DNA of 64,000 bases from positions 2,239 through 66,238 of the forward strand of contig DAIDAM010000003.1 of assembly GCA_027310625.1 (NCBI GenBank), given 5' to 3'. Shown here piece after piece: positions 36,449-46,310 of the stretch; within the stretch, counting starts at the first letter, position 1, and each line of letters starts with the position of its first letter. A program made the translations under genes and the position numbers. The stretch comes from a bacterium. GTDB taxonomy: Bacteria; Patescibacteriota; Minisyncoccia; UBA6257; 2-01-FULL-56-20. The notes beneath the pieces were generated by a model. The model had not been told where the DNA came from. It did no database searches and worked only from the letters and a program-made list of their open reading frames with translations.

Positions 36449-38544
36449 CCGCGTCCCGATTCTTCCTCAACTTCCCAAACCTCTTTGCCGATATAGCGGC
36501 TGACCGCGTCCAGGTCCTTCATAAGTTTTTCTTCGCGGAGTTTTTCCTCCACGGAAATTTCTTTGCTCAATTTCACCTTGCGGATGACATTAAGTTCCGC
36601 TTCTATGTCGCGCTTCAAAATGGAAAACCCGCGGCGAACTGACTCTTCCGCTTCCTTAAGCATCGCATTGAGCCGGCGTTTCTTAACGTTGTAGTGATAA
36701 GCATGATAGACGGTGTAGGCGAGCAAACCGAGGAATGCAACAATGAATATGATGAAGAGAACGAGGTAAAGGTTCTCGAAACTCAAGCGCTTGCCGCCTA
36801 TTTGTATCGCCGTCTTCGCGACCGAAAGGTCCACTCGCGGGCTCGGCGGACTCACGCTGTCGCCATTCTGCAGCTGTGTCCAGGCGATATACTTGCCGGC
36901 GTCAAAGAATTTGGGGAAGGAGAAAAACCACGAACCGTCTTTGTCGGTCGTCGCCGTCTCCCCTATTGTGCTGCCGGTCTCCAGATTCTGAAGATAAATG
37001 AGAACTTTCGCCTGCGGAATTCCGGCGTTGCCGCCGATGTAAAGAATCTCGTCGTTCGAAATCGCCTGCGGGAAGAGAGTGACCACGGGCGGCTGCAGCG
37101 GAACGTTGTCTGTCGCCTGTGATTGCGATTGCGCGGCTTTCGCGGGAATGCCGGCGAACATCGAAAGCGAAAAGACGATTGCGAAGATGAGCGCTATCGC
37201 CAAATGTCTCCCGCCATATCCTTTGAATCTTTCCCTCATTTTTTTCAATTCTTCCAGTCCCGGAAGAATCGAGGGATGCTTCAGGCCGCCGTGCGCGAGG
37301 TGCTCTTCGATTTCGCGGTGCCGTTCCCAAAGCAGTTTCGCGAAATAGAAAAGTCCGATGAGAATTACGGCGCCGAGCGGCAGGGCGTAAATCCAGGGAA
37401 TGACGTATTCTCCTATGCCGATTCCTTCCAAATAAATAAATTCGAAGAATAGTTTTGTGATTGTCAGGTTTTGTTCCGTCTGATAATAGTTTCCCGCTTT
37501 GTCGTAGGCTTTGACGATGACTTTATAGCGTCCTTCGTCCAAATTGCGCGAATAAGGAGGCGCGGCCTCTATGAAAAACGGATTATTTCCCTGCGACGCG
37601 AGAGCGAGCTGTTTGTCGAGAGACGTGATGTTAAGTTCGTAATGGTCGATTCCGGAGGCGGCGTCGGTGGTTGCAAAATCGATAATCGGCCTGCGGTTGG
37701 AAGTTTGCCTGCTCGGCGAAATGTTTACTTTGAAAGACGCCGGCGGCGTGTTGTCCACATTTATGATGTAATCCGTTATTCCACCCCAGCTGCCGCTTCT
37801 CAGCGTTTTGATATGAAAATAGTAAACGCCGTCTGCTAAATTGTTGTACACTGCTCTCGTCTTAATACCTTCGGGAACATCGTCCACATCCGTAACAGGA
37901 TTCTGGTCGAGAATGTAACTGTAACCCTCGATATCCGGCGGGGAAGTCCATTCTAAAGAAACGGTTTTGGTGTTGTACCATTTTTCCTGGTCGGGGTTGG
38001 TTCTCGACGTGACTATCGGGCCAGCGGGCGGCGGCAGCGTGAGATAATAAACGCCGTCGGTCATTTGACCGAGAACGTTCGTGCCGCGGCCGTCGTTCAA
38101 AAGCACGCGCGAACTGTCGGAAAATTTCAAAACCGCCGTCCCGATGCTCTTTACGCGGAAAGTGACAGTTGAAATCAGTCCACCGTCGGTATTCAGCCCC
38201 GGCGCCGGTATCGCGCCCTGAAAATTAAGCGTGCCGTTCAGATTATCGTAAGACGGTTGGTTGACCCAGACCTGTATGGAAGACCTGCCCGCCGTAGGCG
38301 AAGCAACCTGCAGTTTATCCGGCGGAAAAGTGAGATTGGCTTCGACGGCGTTGACCGACTGCCCTCCCGTATCCACGTAAATGGAAACGGAAAAAGTGCT
38401 CCCGCTCGTGAAACTTCCGCTCGCCGGTGAAACGTAAAGCGAAGCGGCGGCATTCGCTCCTGACGGCGAAATAAAAAAACCGACGAAAAGGGCGCTTACC
38501 AAAACAACGGAAAAACGACAGGTTTTTGTCTGTTTATCCATCAC
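36445..38544 (-). CDS. large surface protein: signal peptide, cohesin-like domain, Ig/FN3-like domains, TM helix, cytoplasmic coiled-coil tail
   Basis: N-terminus 'LYVSPASGSFTSGSTFSVSIYVDTGGQSVNAVEANLTFPPDKLQV...TVTFRVKSIGTAVLKF' is cohesin-like. 'DNTPPASFKVNISPSRQTSNRRPIIDFATTDAASGIDHYEL' is paralogous to the 45030-45989 protein. TM 'VIPWIYALPLGAVILIGLFYF'. Confidence 0.65.
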   Translation of the reverse strand: MMDKQTKTCRFSVVLVSALFVGFFISPSGANAAASLYVSPASGSFTSGSTFSVSIYVDTGGQSVNAVEANLTFPPDKLQVASPTAGRSSIQVWVNQPSYDNLNGTLNFQGAIPAPGLNTDGGLISTVTFRVKSIGTAVLKFSDSSRVLLNDGRGTNVLGQMTDGVYYLTLPPPAGPIVTSRTNPDQEKWYNTKTVSLEWTSPPDIEGYSYILDQNPVTDVDDVPEGIKTRAVYNNLADGVYYFHIKTLRSGSWGGITDYIINVDNTPPASFKVNISPSRQTSNRRPIIDFATTDAASGIDHYELNITSLDKQLALASQGNNPFFIEAAPPYSRNLDEGRYKVIVKAYDKAGNYYQTEQNLTITKLFFEFIYLEGIGIGEYVIPWIYALPLGAVILIGLFYFAKLLWERHREIEEHLAHGGLKHPSILPGLEELKKMRERFKGYGGRHLAIALIFAIVFSLSMFAGIPAKAAQSQSQATDNVPLQPPVVTLFPQAISNDEILYIGGNAGIPQAKVLIYLQNLETGSTIGETATTDKDGSWFFSFPKFFDAGKYIAWTQLQNGDSVSPPSPRVDLSVAKTAIQIGGKRLSFENLYLVLFIIFIVAFLGLLAYTVYHAYHYNVKKRRLNAMLKEAEESVRRGFSILKRDIEAELNVIRKVKLSKEISVEEKLREEKLMKDLDAVSRYIGKEVWEVEEESGRG

Positions 38545-38574
38545 AATTATTATAACATTCTTGTTTTCGCGTTT

Positions 38575-39441
38575 TTATTTTGTTTTATAAAACCTTCCAA
38601 AAAAGAAAATAAACGAAAAAACAATAAGCACAACCAGCAAGGTTATCCCCGGCCCCCGGATAAACGCTTTCCAGTCATAGGCAGCCACGAGAGCGACATT
38701 GCCTTTATTGTCGGAAGCTGAAATTTCAACTGCCCAGACATTTTTCCCGACGGCGGCAGGATTGGTTATCTCCTGCCAATCCGTCCACAAAAACCAATTT
38801 TTCAGACGACCGCGAATTTCCTTGACGCCCGAGCCGGCGTCTTTGACGAGGAAACCGACTAGTTTTTGTTCCGGATTCAACGGGTCGGCGCTTAGAGAAA
38901 GCTCCTTTATTTCTGGCGGGGTTTTGTCGGTGACGCCCGATTCGCTTGCAAGATACTCTGAAGTTGACTTGGTAAGAACAATTGGCGCGGGTTCGACGAT
39001 TGGAGTATACTCCGTCCCCTTTCCGTCATTTACATAAACAAGCGGGTTTATAAACGAAAGCTCAATTTTCCCTTCTTTAAGAACTTGGAATCGCGCGATG
39101 ATTATCTCTCCGCCGCCGCCGCTGAACGGCGTTATGCTTACTCCGGCAAGCGCTATCGCCCCGCTTTCCGAAAAAGCAGGTCTTGTCTGCCATACGCTTA
39201 TAATGGAACGGCTGTCATCAAAGGAAACAATCTTAATCTTGTCCGCGGGAAAAGAAATGCCCAAAGAATACCCGTTCAACGGAGAATCGGAGTCAATCAA
39301 TGCCTTGACGGAAATTTCGGAACCGACGGCGGCAGACTCGGGAGCCGAAAAATAAACTTTTGTTGAAGAAGCGTCGGCGAAATGTGAAGAAACAAAGAAA
39401 GTCAGTGCGGATATAAGGATGATTAAATTTGTTTTTTTCAT
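38575..39441 (-). CDS. cohesin-like domain surface protein with C-terminal TM anchor
   Basis: Signal peptide, 'VYFSAPESAAVGSEISVKALIDSDSPLNGYSLGISFPADKIKIVSF...IIIARFQVLKEGKIELSF', C-terminal TM. Confidence 0.6.
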   Translation of the reverse strand: MKKTNLIILISALTFFVSSHFADASSTKVYFSAPESAAVGSEISVKALIDSDSPLNGYSLGISFPADKIKIVSFDDSRSIISVWQTRPAFSESGAIALAGVSITPFSGGGGEIIIARFQVLKEGKIELSFINPLVYVNDGKGTEYTPIVEPAPIVLTKSTSEYLASESGVTDKTPPEIKELSLSADPLNPEQKLVGFLVKDAGSGVKEIRGRLKNWFLWTDWQEITNPAAVGKNVWAVEISASDNKGNVALVAAYDWKAFIRGPGITLLVVLIVFSFIFFFGRFYKTK

Positions 39442-39480
39442 TTTTTCTAATTTCCAGATTCTAGTTTCCAGATTCTATTT

Positions 39481-40515
39481 TCACGATGCTATAGACCGGT
39501 AATATCTCTCGCCCGTCCAATAAAACATCATCACGGAAATGTCGGCGAAATCGACTCTGCTGTTTCCGTCAAAATCATATCGCGCAAACTCCGCTCCCCG
39601 CTCGCCATAAAAATAAATAAGTATTGAGAGGTCTATAAGATTAATTTTTCCGTCGCGATTCAGGTCAATCCTTGTGAAATCTTCCAGCGATGGTACGCGC
39701 GGGCCGAAGGGAGGCAAAAAGAACCCCGTTCCACCTCCCCCGCCTTGCTGAACGCCGCCACCATTATTGTTATTTTGCTGCTGTTGTTGCTGCTGGGAGC
39801 CGAAGAGCGCGAAGGAACTAAAATTGGCGGTAGAGAAAGTAACCGTTTTATTTGTAGTGTCGACTGTTGCCCCTGAAATTAATTGCCAAGAAGCATCACC
39901 GCTGCCCCACTTATAAGGGGCAAGGGTGCTTTGATCTATTCCGATAACATCGGAGTCGATATAAGTTGAAACAATAGTTGCCGTTTGCAGAAGAGTTGAA
40001 ACTGTCTCGCCGTCTGGGTTCACAAAAATGAAATCATAGGTTTTTCCTATAAAGTTTTTACCCGAGGGGGCCGGTTTGGTTGACGAAAAGAAACCGTTGG
40101 TATACGAAAACGCCTGCATCTGCAAGTCTTGAGTGTAAAAACCTGCCGGCAGAGTTATTTTAGCGGAGTCACCGCCGTTGGTTAGGGTGTAAGCACCACC
40201 AGTTGAAGCAGTAAAAGTTGGCTGTGCAGTTACCTCCGCACTGGTAGTGCAATTTGTTGTATTGAAAGTGCAAGAAGCGGAACAACTCAAAGTTCCGCTA
40301 CTAAAGCCGAGGTCGGTGCAACTTTTTACTCTCAAATCACTGCCATCGCACATTTCGCCGCCCTCCGCAGTATTATTTCCGCAAACCGAAATCTTGATTG
40401 TCGTATTTACCGTGGCATCTGGTGCGGCAAAACTAAATTTATGAAAAATAAAAAACGCGCCTCCAAAAACGAGTATGAAAAAGAAAAAATAAATAATTGA
40501 TTGATTGCTTTTCAT
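39481..40515 (-). CDS. secreted dockerin-domain protein with poly-Q/N/G linker
   Basis: C-terminal pair of Ca-binding dockerin repeats 'DLNRDGKINLIDLSIL' and 'DFDGNSRVDFADISVM'. Linker 'QQQQQQQNNNNGGGVQQGGGGG'. N-terminal signal peptide and Cys-rich module. Confidence 0.75.
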   Translation of the reverse strand: MKSNQSIIYFFFFILVFGGAFFIFHKFSFAAPDATVNTTIKISVCGNNTAEGGEMCDGSDLRVKSCTDLGFSSGTLSCSASCTFNTTNCTTSAEVTAQPTFTASTGGAYTLTNGGDSAKITLPAGFYTQDLQMQAFSYTNGFFSSTKPAPSGKNFIGKTYDFIFVNPDGETVSTLLQTATIVSTYIDSDVIGIDQSTLAPYKWGSGDASWQLISGATVDTTNKTVTFSTANFSSFALFGSQQQQQQQNNNNGGGVQQGGGGGTGFFLPPFGPRVPSLEDFTRIDLNRDGKINLIDLSILIYFYGERGAEFARYDFDGNSRVDFADISVMMFYWTGERYYRSIAS

Positions 40516-40564
40516 TCATCTCTAAAATATTCACCCCATTAGAAACGATGATTTTTTGATAGGG

Positions 40565-41179
40565 TCATTTTCTCGCTATTTGAAATTTAAACCTTTTGGA
40601 AATATACCAAAGCAAGGCCGCGACAAAAATCACCGCCAAAACAATGGTATCCCATGGGTGATAGCGCGAGTATAAACTGATAAAGCGGTAATAGATTCCT
40701 TGGAAAAAATTGGCTGGCGCAATTGTGAACCAAAGCTGAGTGGCAGCGGCAATGCCGATCGAAGTTTCGCCGGCAACAGATTTTTTCATCGGCTGGGCTT
40801 CCAAAAGCGCATAATAATTCCCCGGCGTTACTTTGGTCGGAAGAGTAAGTGTTACTTTGACGGTCTGGACCTTACCTGGTTCAAGAGAAAATGTTTGAGG
40901 CGTAAAAGTGAACCATTCTTCTGCCGGTCTAAGTCCCATATCGCTTCTCGTTTCCTGTTTTTCAAAGTATTGAACCGAAACTTGGTAATTAGCCGTCTCA
41001 TCGCCGGTGTTTAAAACCGGAACCGCCGGTAAATCATAAATACCGCCGGCTCTAAGCTGTTCATCTGTATAGATTTTGCCAGCACCAACTCCAACCCCGA
41101 TTCTGGCAAATACCGCAGCTGGCAGAATTAAAATCAGCGCAGATAATATTAAAAATTTTAACGCAGATTTAAAACTCAT
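40565..41179 (-). CDS. secreted beta-rich protein with C-terminal TM anchor and basic tail
   Basis: Signal peptide, then a C-terminal 'IVLAVIFVAALLWYISKRFKFQIARK'. The architecture recalls DUF916-type partners in WxL loci, which is an inference. Confidence 0.45.
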   Translation of the reverse strand: MSFKSALKFLILSALILILPAAVFARIGVGVGAGKIYTDEQLRAGGIYDLPAVPVLNTGDETANYQVSVQYFEKQETRSDMGLRPAEEWFTFTPQTFSLEPGKVQTVKVTLTLPTKVTPGNYYALLEAQPMKKSVAGETSIGIAAATQLWFTIAPANFFQGIYYRFISLYSRYHPWDTIVLAVIFVAALLWYISKRFKFQIARK

Positions 41180-41275
41180 AAATTATGATCGCAAAAACTT
41201 CCCATAGCCACATCCCGCTAGAAATGAAGCGCACAAAATTTTAATTTAACTTCGGCGTCAATTTCTAACGGGATT

Positions 41276-41797
41276 TTAAAAGGCAATAGCTGTGAGAGTA
41301 ACATTGGGGCTCTGCTGTGTGAACACGGTTGAAGGATTCGGCGTTGTGATCTGCAAGTTCAAGGTCGAGGTTCCCGCCGCCGCTATATTAGTCGCCAGGT
41401 CCTGATCCGAAGTGGTTAACGCCGTGCCACCAGAAAAAGTGGAACAAGTACCATTCTTGAACTGATGCACATATTGATCGCTTGCCGTCGTAGCTCCCAA
41501 TGCCCAGTTGGCGGTGGCCACCCCCTTGATCCTGAAAGTTTCCGCCACATTGCCATCATTAGTAACGGTTTGAGCATCGTTTAGTTCTGAAGTGCATGTG
41601 CTCTTGCTGGTATTAGAGCCGAGTGTTCCATACGCGACCGCACCATCAGCAACGGAAAGCGAAATACTCTGCACCGTAACCGTGGCCGTAACTGTTGCCG
41701 AAGAACCAGCCAAAGCCACTGAATAAGCGACGAGTATCCCAGCTAGCCCGATTATTCCAGTAGAAACAACGAACGGTTTTGTAATTTTTCTTGACAT
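41276..41797 (-). CDS. small secreted protein; whole protein is the domain shared with the C-terminus of 42104-43981 (W-x-L motif)
   Basis: 'TCTSELNDAQTVTNDGNVAETFRIKGVATANWALGATTASDQYVHQFKNGTCSTFSGGTALTTSDQ' aligns with 'TKSTCSTELNDAQTVTNNGNVNENFNIRGQNSANWTLGATAGSNQYVQKFLNGTCSTFSGGTALTTSDQ'. Confidence 0.55.
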   Translation of the reverse strand: MSRKITKPFVVSTGIIGLAGILVAYSVALAGSSATVTATVTVQSISLSVADGAVAYGTLGSNTSKSTCTSELNDAQTVTNDGNVAETFRIKGVATANWALGATTASDQYVHQFKNGTCSTFSGGTALTTSDQDLATNIAAAGTSTLNLQITTPNPSTVFTQQSPNVTLTAIAF

Positions 41798-41924
41798 ATC
41801 TTTGTTAATTTAAATTTATACCAAACTTATAATTCGACCATTTAATAAACACAAAAAGCGCCGCTAAAACAGCGCCTTAAGTGTCTACGATTATAAGTAA
41901 AGAAGTAAAATCGCGGAGCGATTT

Positions 41925-41959
<35 letters not shown>

Positions 41960-42103
41960 TTTTGACTCCGAGGTTTGATAAAATAAAATAAGTGTCCTTA
42001 TCATAGCCATATATAAACTACGAGTTTATTATACCACATATCAACTTGAAATGTAACCAATACAATTCCATTATATCACTAATCAGCTTGATAATCTACA
42101 ATT

Positions 42104-43981
42104 TTACGGTTGTACGGCGGTAATCGTCACATCCACTGACTGTTGAGTGTAAACCGTGGAAGGATTCGGGGTGTTAATTTGAAGATTCAGCGTGGCTGTC
42201 CCGCTCGGCGCAATACCAGTCGCAAATGACTGATCGGAAGTCGTCAGGGCAGTACCCCCAGAAAAAGTGGAACAAGTACCATTCAAAAATTTCTGCACAT
42301 ACTGGTTGCTTCCCGCTGTCGCCCCCAGCGTCCAGTTGGCGGAATTCTGACCACGGATATTGAAATTCTCGTTTACATTTCCATTATTAGTAACCGTTTG
42401 AGCATCATTTAATTCAGTAGAACAAGTGCTTTTGGTGGTGTTCGCCGGGATCGTCCCATAAGTGACCACTCCATCGGAAACGGTGACAGAAATAGTCGGC
42501 GTCAATGTGGTGAAAGTGTTGCAAGTCGTAGAATCTGTGAAAGTATTACTGCCATCAGGGTCTTTGACTGACGCCTTCCACCAGTATTGGGTGTTGTAGG
42601 AGAGTGCATCAGCTGACTGTAAAGTAAAACTGCCTTGAGTGCCGGAGTTATAGCATGATGTTGGATTATTGGTGCAGGTCGCGTCAGTTCCGCCCCAACC
42701 GGTAGAATTAGTTGATTGGTCATGAGCATTTCCTACAACCGTCGTGCATGCGCTGTTCGAATAAATTGTGACTTTATAGCTCAAATGGTCTGGGTCGGGA
42801 TCGGTCGCGGTCATTAAAAAAGTTGGGGTTACCGAAACGCCAGTCGCGCTATTTGCCGGCGAATCCTGCGAAGGCGCGTTGGGCGCGACATTAGTGTTTT
42901 TTTTCGCGTAAACCACATTGAAATAGAGCGGCATGTTGTCCGTACCGGTATTGAAAGTGGCAGTAAGGGTATGGGTATGCGTCGAACCGGCGGCCGCGGT
43001 GCCACTTGTTGAGCTGCCCTTTGTTTTGGCGCTGGCTGCGCCGGACGCGCCGCTGGTTTCGTTGGCATGATCATGGGTTGTGGCGCCCTGTGAAGTGCCA
43101 TTATAACTCGTGAAGTCGCGAATAAATTGCTGATAAAAGGGGCCTCCACTTGCCGATTTTATTGTCCATGCCGAACCCGGATCGCCGTCGAACATGGCAA
43201 TCATTCCATTGGGCAAAGATGCAGTATTAGAATTCGCCTTGGCGATGATTACTTGAATATAAGGCGGGAGAGCTGTCATGCTTGCGGTTTGCGTAGCAGC
43301 GGGGGCAGTATGGGTATGCGTAGTTGCGGCACCTGCATTAGCTGTACCAGAGCAAGTATTGAGCGTACCGTTTGCAGTTCCAAGAGAACTCCAAGTAAGC
43401 GAATGGGTATGCGTGTCTGATCCTCCCGTGCCGACCGTGGAGTTAACTTCAATCATTTTATTGTTGATGGTGCCCGATTGATCAGTCCATCCTGAAGGAG
43501 CAGCTGCGTCAAAAATCGCGATTGCGCCGGCCGGAATGGAAACAGGAATGCCGGCGTCAAATTGAATGAGTTTATAACTTTGATAAGCCGGCAAATTGTT
43601 CGCCGACCCAACCGTGACGGAAAGCGAAGCGTGTGTGTGATTGTAGGAAGAACAAGAGTTGGTAGAAGCCGCAGTCGTTCCTGCTGATGGCGCGCTGTTT
43701 GTGACACTTGCTACCGTTGGCGTATGCGTGGAATTTCCTCCAGTCGTGCCGAAATTCGCCACCGCCTCTCCGCGCGGGAACTTTCCGTCATAAGTTGTTA
43801 CGATACTCCAGCCGGTCGGAGCAGACGCACCATCCCAAAAAAGAAGCATGCGCACTGTGGCGGCTTTTGCATCTTTTGCCCCCGGGGGCACGGGTGGATT
43901 ATTCCAAATTCGCGGCCAGCCGGAAAAAATCCAACCTGCTATTAAAACTATAATTAAAAATTTTTTTATATAACGAGACAT
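42104..43981 (-). CDS. large surface protein: N-terminal anchor, three phage-tail-collar-like repeats each followed by THTH segments, C-terminal shared (W-x-L motif) domain
   Basis: 'MLLFWDGASAPTGWS', 'IAIFDAAAPSGWTDQSGT', 'MIAMFDGDPGSAWTIK' resemble the 'FAGxxAPxGW' motif of phage tail collar/Mdp domains. 'GGSDTHTHSLTW', 'TTHTHTAPAAT'. C-terminal 160 aa homologous to 41276-41797. Confidence 0.55.
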   Translation of the reverse strand: MSRYIKKFLIIVLIAGWIFSGWPRIWNNPPVPPGAKDAKAATVRMLLFWDGASAPTGWSIVTTYDGKFPRGEAVANFGTTGGNSTHTPTVASVTNSAPSAGTTAASTNSCSSYNHTHASLSVTVGSANNLPAYQSYKLIQFDAGIPVSIPAGAIAIFDAAAPSGWTDQSGTINNKMIEVNSTVGTGGSDTHTHSLTWSSLGTANGTLNTCSGTANAGAATTHTHTAPAATQTASMTALPPYIQVIIAKANSNTASLPNGMIAMFDGDPGSAWTIKSASGGPFYQQFIRDFTSYNGTSQGATTHDHANETSGASGAASAKTKGSSTSGTAAAGSTHTHTLTATFNTGTDNMPLYFNVVYAKKNTNVAPNAPSQDSPANSATGVSVTPTFLMTATDPDPDHLSYKVTIYSNSACTTVVGNAHDQSTNSTGWGGTDATCTNNPTSCYNSGTQGSFTLQSADALSYNTQYWWKASVKDPDGSNTFTDSTTCNTFTTLTPTISVTVSDGVVTYGTIPANTTKSTCSTELNDAQTVTNNGNVNENFNIRGQNSANWTLGATAGSNQYVQKFLNGTCSTFSGGTALTTSDQSFATGIAPSGTATLNLQINTPNPSTVYTQQSVDVTITAVQP

Positions 43982-43983
43982 AC

Positions 43984-44535
43984 TTAAGGCGTACCCAATA
44001 CATTGGGATTTGTAATATCAAAAAGTGTTTCGGAAATAAAATTGGAGCTATTTTTGCAGGATTCGTAACTCACTCCCGCACCGGAGCCAATACAAGCATC
44101 GAAATCATAGCCGTATTCTACAAAGCTATAATGGCCCGGCGGTAAATTGGTAAGAGGGGTGCCATTATTGCCGAAACACTGCGGAGTGCATAAAGAAAAT
44201 TCTCCGACAGTCCGCATGGAATTGATATCTTGATCAAAATATTTAATCGCAGCACAGAGGTTATTGGCGGCATCCAGATTATTACTAATGGCAATCGGAT
44301 GGTCGGGTTTATCTAAATTATAGATAAAGCCGTTATGATTATTAAAATCAAAATCGCTGAAAGCTATTGCGCAAGCATTATCTGCCGCTGGAGTGGCAAT
44401 ATTTATCGCCCGCGCCTCTCTAATTTCTGGCGGTATTCGTAGATTTTGCCAAATCTGCGGCCGGCCGGAAAAAATCCAAGCAAAAATAATAAGAAATATA
44501 ATTCCTGTCCGTAAATATTTAATGTGCGCATTCAT
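43984..44535 (-). CDS. hypothetical protein sharing N-terminal anchor motif with 42104-43981
   Basis: 'IFAWIFSGRPQIWQNLRIPPE' versus 'IAGWIFSGWPRIWNNPPVPPG'. The DNA is also similar (ccaaat(c/t)tgcggcc(g/a)gccggaaaaaatccaa). Confidence 0.45.
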   Translation of the reverse strand: MNAHIKYLRTGIIFLIIFAWIFSGRPQIWQNLRIPPEIREARAINIATPAADNACAIAFSDFDFNNHNGFIYNLDKPDHPIAISNNLDAANNLCAAIKYFDQDINSMRTVGEFSLCTPQCFGNNGTPLTNLPPGHYSFVEYGYDFDACIGSGAGVSYESCKNSSNFISETLFDITNPNVLGTP

Positions 44536-44606
44536 CTGCTATTAATCTATATTATAACAAGTGGAACGGCGTGCAATACTTAATTGCTTCTTGACTGCTT
44601 TACTTT

Positions 44607-44677
44607 ACCCCGTTAGAAATCGGACGAATAACGAATTCAGGCGGAGTTATGCAACTATGTCTGATTTCTAACGGGGT
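44607..44677. other. long near-perfect inverted repeat ACCCCGTTAGAAATCGGAC...(33 nt)...GTCTGATTTCTAACGGGGT
   Basis: 18 of 19 bp complementary arms in a 500-bp non-coding gap. Possible structured RNA or regulatory site. Confidence 0.4.
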
Positions 44678-44935
44678 TTATATTCAATCAAAATTTCCTG
44701 CTTATCTTTTAAAACATGATTTTCGTAGTCGGCATTCGGCTAACTGTCAACAGACGTTACAGTTTTGCGACTGTCATCGGTTTGATAATCCAAAATTTGG
44801 TTTTTGAAAAACAGCTTGCCTCAGACGCTGAAAAAATCTGCAAGCATTAGGGGGATTTACCGAAAAATTCTCGCTTTCACTCCCTAGCCGGGAGTTTGGA
44901 CGCTCAAACAAACGCCGGACAAGCGCCGGAGAGTC

Positions 44936-45030
44936 AAACTGCTTGAGGCAAAAATTGAAAACGGAAAATTAATTCTCCGAAAAATTCAGACGGAGGGAGA
45001 AAAACCGAAACGCCTTTACGGTGTTTGAGT
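44936..45030 (+). pseudogene. fmt: relic duplicate of fmt 3' end (encodes ...KLLEAKIENGKLILRKIQTEGEKPKRLYGV*)
   Basis: Matches the fmt C-terminus 'KILEAKIENGKLVLKKIQIEGEKPKAV*' at 36365-36448. The first 22 nt are identical (ggcaaaaattgaaaacggaaaa), then ~75% identity. No upstream ORF. Confidence 0.7.
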
Positions 45031-45989
45031 CAGCGCTTGAAGCCGTCTTTTTCTATTTTGTTTATTTCTCGCCGTAATTCTTTGCCAAATTCGGCGGCAT
45101 CGCGCTCAACCGCATCTCTCAATCTCTTGAACCGCAGACCAATTAAGTACAAAGTGAATAAAACCTCGATTATCGTGAGCGGCAAAATCCACCAACTGGT
45201 GAAAAATATCAGCAACCGGTAAAGAAGCGACGCCGGCTCGGTTTTGGGCACAACGCTGAACTGAATCACCGAATCGCGGAAATTTCCCGCGAAATCGTAG
45301 GCGCGAACGGCCAGAATTCTTGAATACTTCGTAGATTGTTCGGGTAAAACGTAATCTCCGTCTTCGTTTTTCAAAATTTCGGGATTAAACCATTCCCCTT
45401 CCCCGATTTTCGCTTTCTCGTAGGCAACGCCGGATACTCTGTCGCTTGCTTTCCAGCCGAAAACCGGACGATTGCTTGAAATATCTTTGTCAACGCGCGT
45501 TATGTCAAATGACTCCGGCGGCGTCCTGTCCAAAAGAAAATGTTTTACTGTAATCGGCCCCCAATAACCCCTTTCGTTAAAGGCGACGGAAAAATAACGG
45601 TCGCCGTCAACAAGCGGCCTCAGGTCATACGCGGCTTCCGACACTCTTCCTTTGCTGACTTTCGGAAATTCGTAATTGAGATTTTCCGAAAAAACATAAT
45701 TCACGCCTTCCACTGCCGGAGGAATTTCCCAGCTGAATTTTATCGAATCCAAACTGTAGTACCTGCATTCAATTACATTCACGGGCGGTTCCGAATAAAT
45801 CACCGGAGCCGGGATGTAAGGAACTGTTGATGTTGTGCGATAGAGCGTAAACTCGTTCGGCAGAAGTATGCAGGAACCGGTCCACTTGCAAACAATCGGC
45901 GTGCTTCTCACCCACAAAAGAGAAAAAATTATCGCGGCGGTGACGGCGATTATCAAAACAATCACGCCGACGTTGCCTTTGGCATTCAT
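45030..45989 (-). CDS. membrane-anchored surface protein with Ig/FN3-like ectodomain, paralog of central part of 36445-38544
   Basis: N-terminal TM, 'DRTPPESFDITRVDKDISSNRPVFGWKASDRVSGVAYEKAKI', 'VRAYDFAGNFRDSVIQFSV', C-terminal TM plus charged cytoplasmic tail. Confidence 0.55.
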   Translation of the reverse strand: MNAKGNVGVIVLIIAVTAAIIFSLLWVRSTPIVCKWTGSCILLPNEFTLYRTTSTVPYIPAPVIYSEPPVNVIECRYYSLDSIKFSWEIPPAVEGVNYVFSENLNYEFPKVSKGRVSEAAYDLRPLVDGDRYFSVAFNERGYWGPITVKHFLLDRTPPESFDITRVDKDISSNRPVFGWKASDRVSGVAYEKAKIGEGEWFNPEILKNEDGDYVLPEQSTKYSRILAVRAYDFAGNFRDSVIQFSVVPKTEPASLLYRLLIFFTSWWILPLTIIEVLFTLYLIGLRFKRLRDAVERDAAEFGKELRREINKIEKDGFKR

Positions 45990-46306
45990 CCCGTTAGAGA
46001 CAGGAAGCGTTTCATTCTATTTTTCAGATAGCGCTTGCCCATGCCTGATTTAAGGTATCTTTCTCTCGACCTTGCGTCGGCGACGTTTTTAGAAAATTCT
46101 CCATAGATGAGTTCAAATGGACCCCTGCCCCTAGTCCAGCCGGCAACACCATCATTGTGCTCATTGAAGCGCTTCCGTAAGTTATCAGTGAAGCCTGTAT
46201 ACCACACACCGTCCCTCTTGCTGCGCAAGACATAGACATAGTAGAATTTATTGTCTCTAACGGGATTCACTTCCGCTAGATTATACCAGCGGCAGCCGAA
46301 TATCAA
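45986..46306 (-). CDS. GIY-YIG nuclease family protein (UPF0213-like)
   Basis: 'FYYVYVLRSKRDGVWYTGFTDNLRKRFNEHN'. Confidence 0.75.
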   Translation of the reverse strand: MIFGCRWYNLAEVNPVRDNKFYYVYVLRSKRDGVWYTGFTDNLRKRFNEHNDGVAGWTRGRGPFELIYGEFSKNVADARSRERYLKSGMGKRYLKNRMKRFLSLTG

Positions 46307-46310
46307 AAAA

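Noticed and set aside
42104-43981. Interpreting the 625-aa protein as a pilin or S-layer protein
   Set aside because: It has no prepilin cleavage motif and its N-terminus is a simple hydrophobic anchor. The repeats match phage tail collar-like motifs instead.
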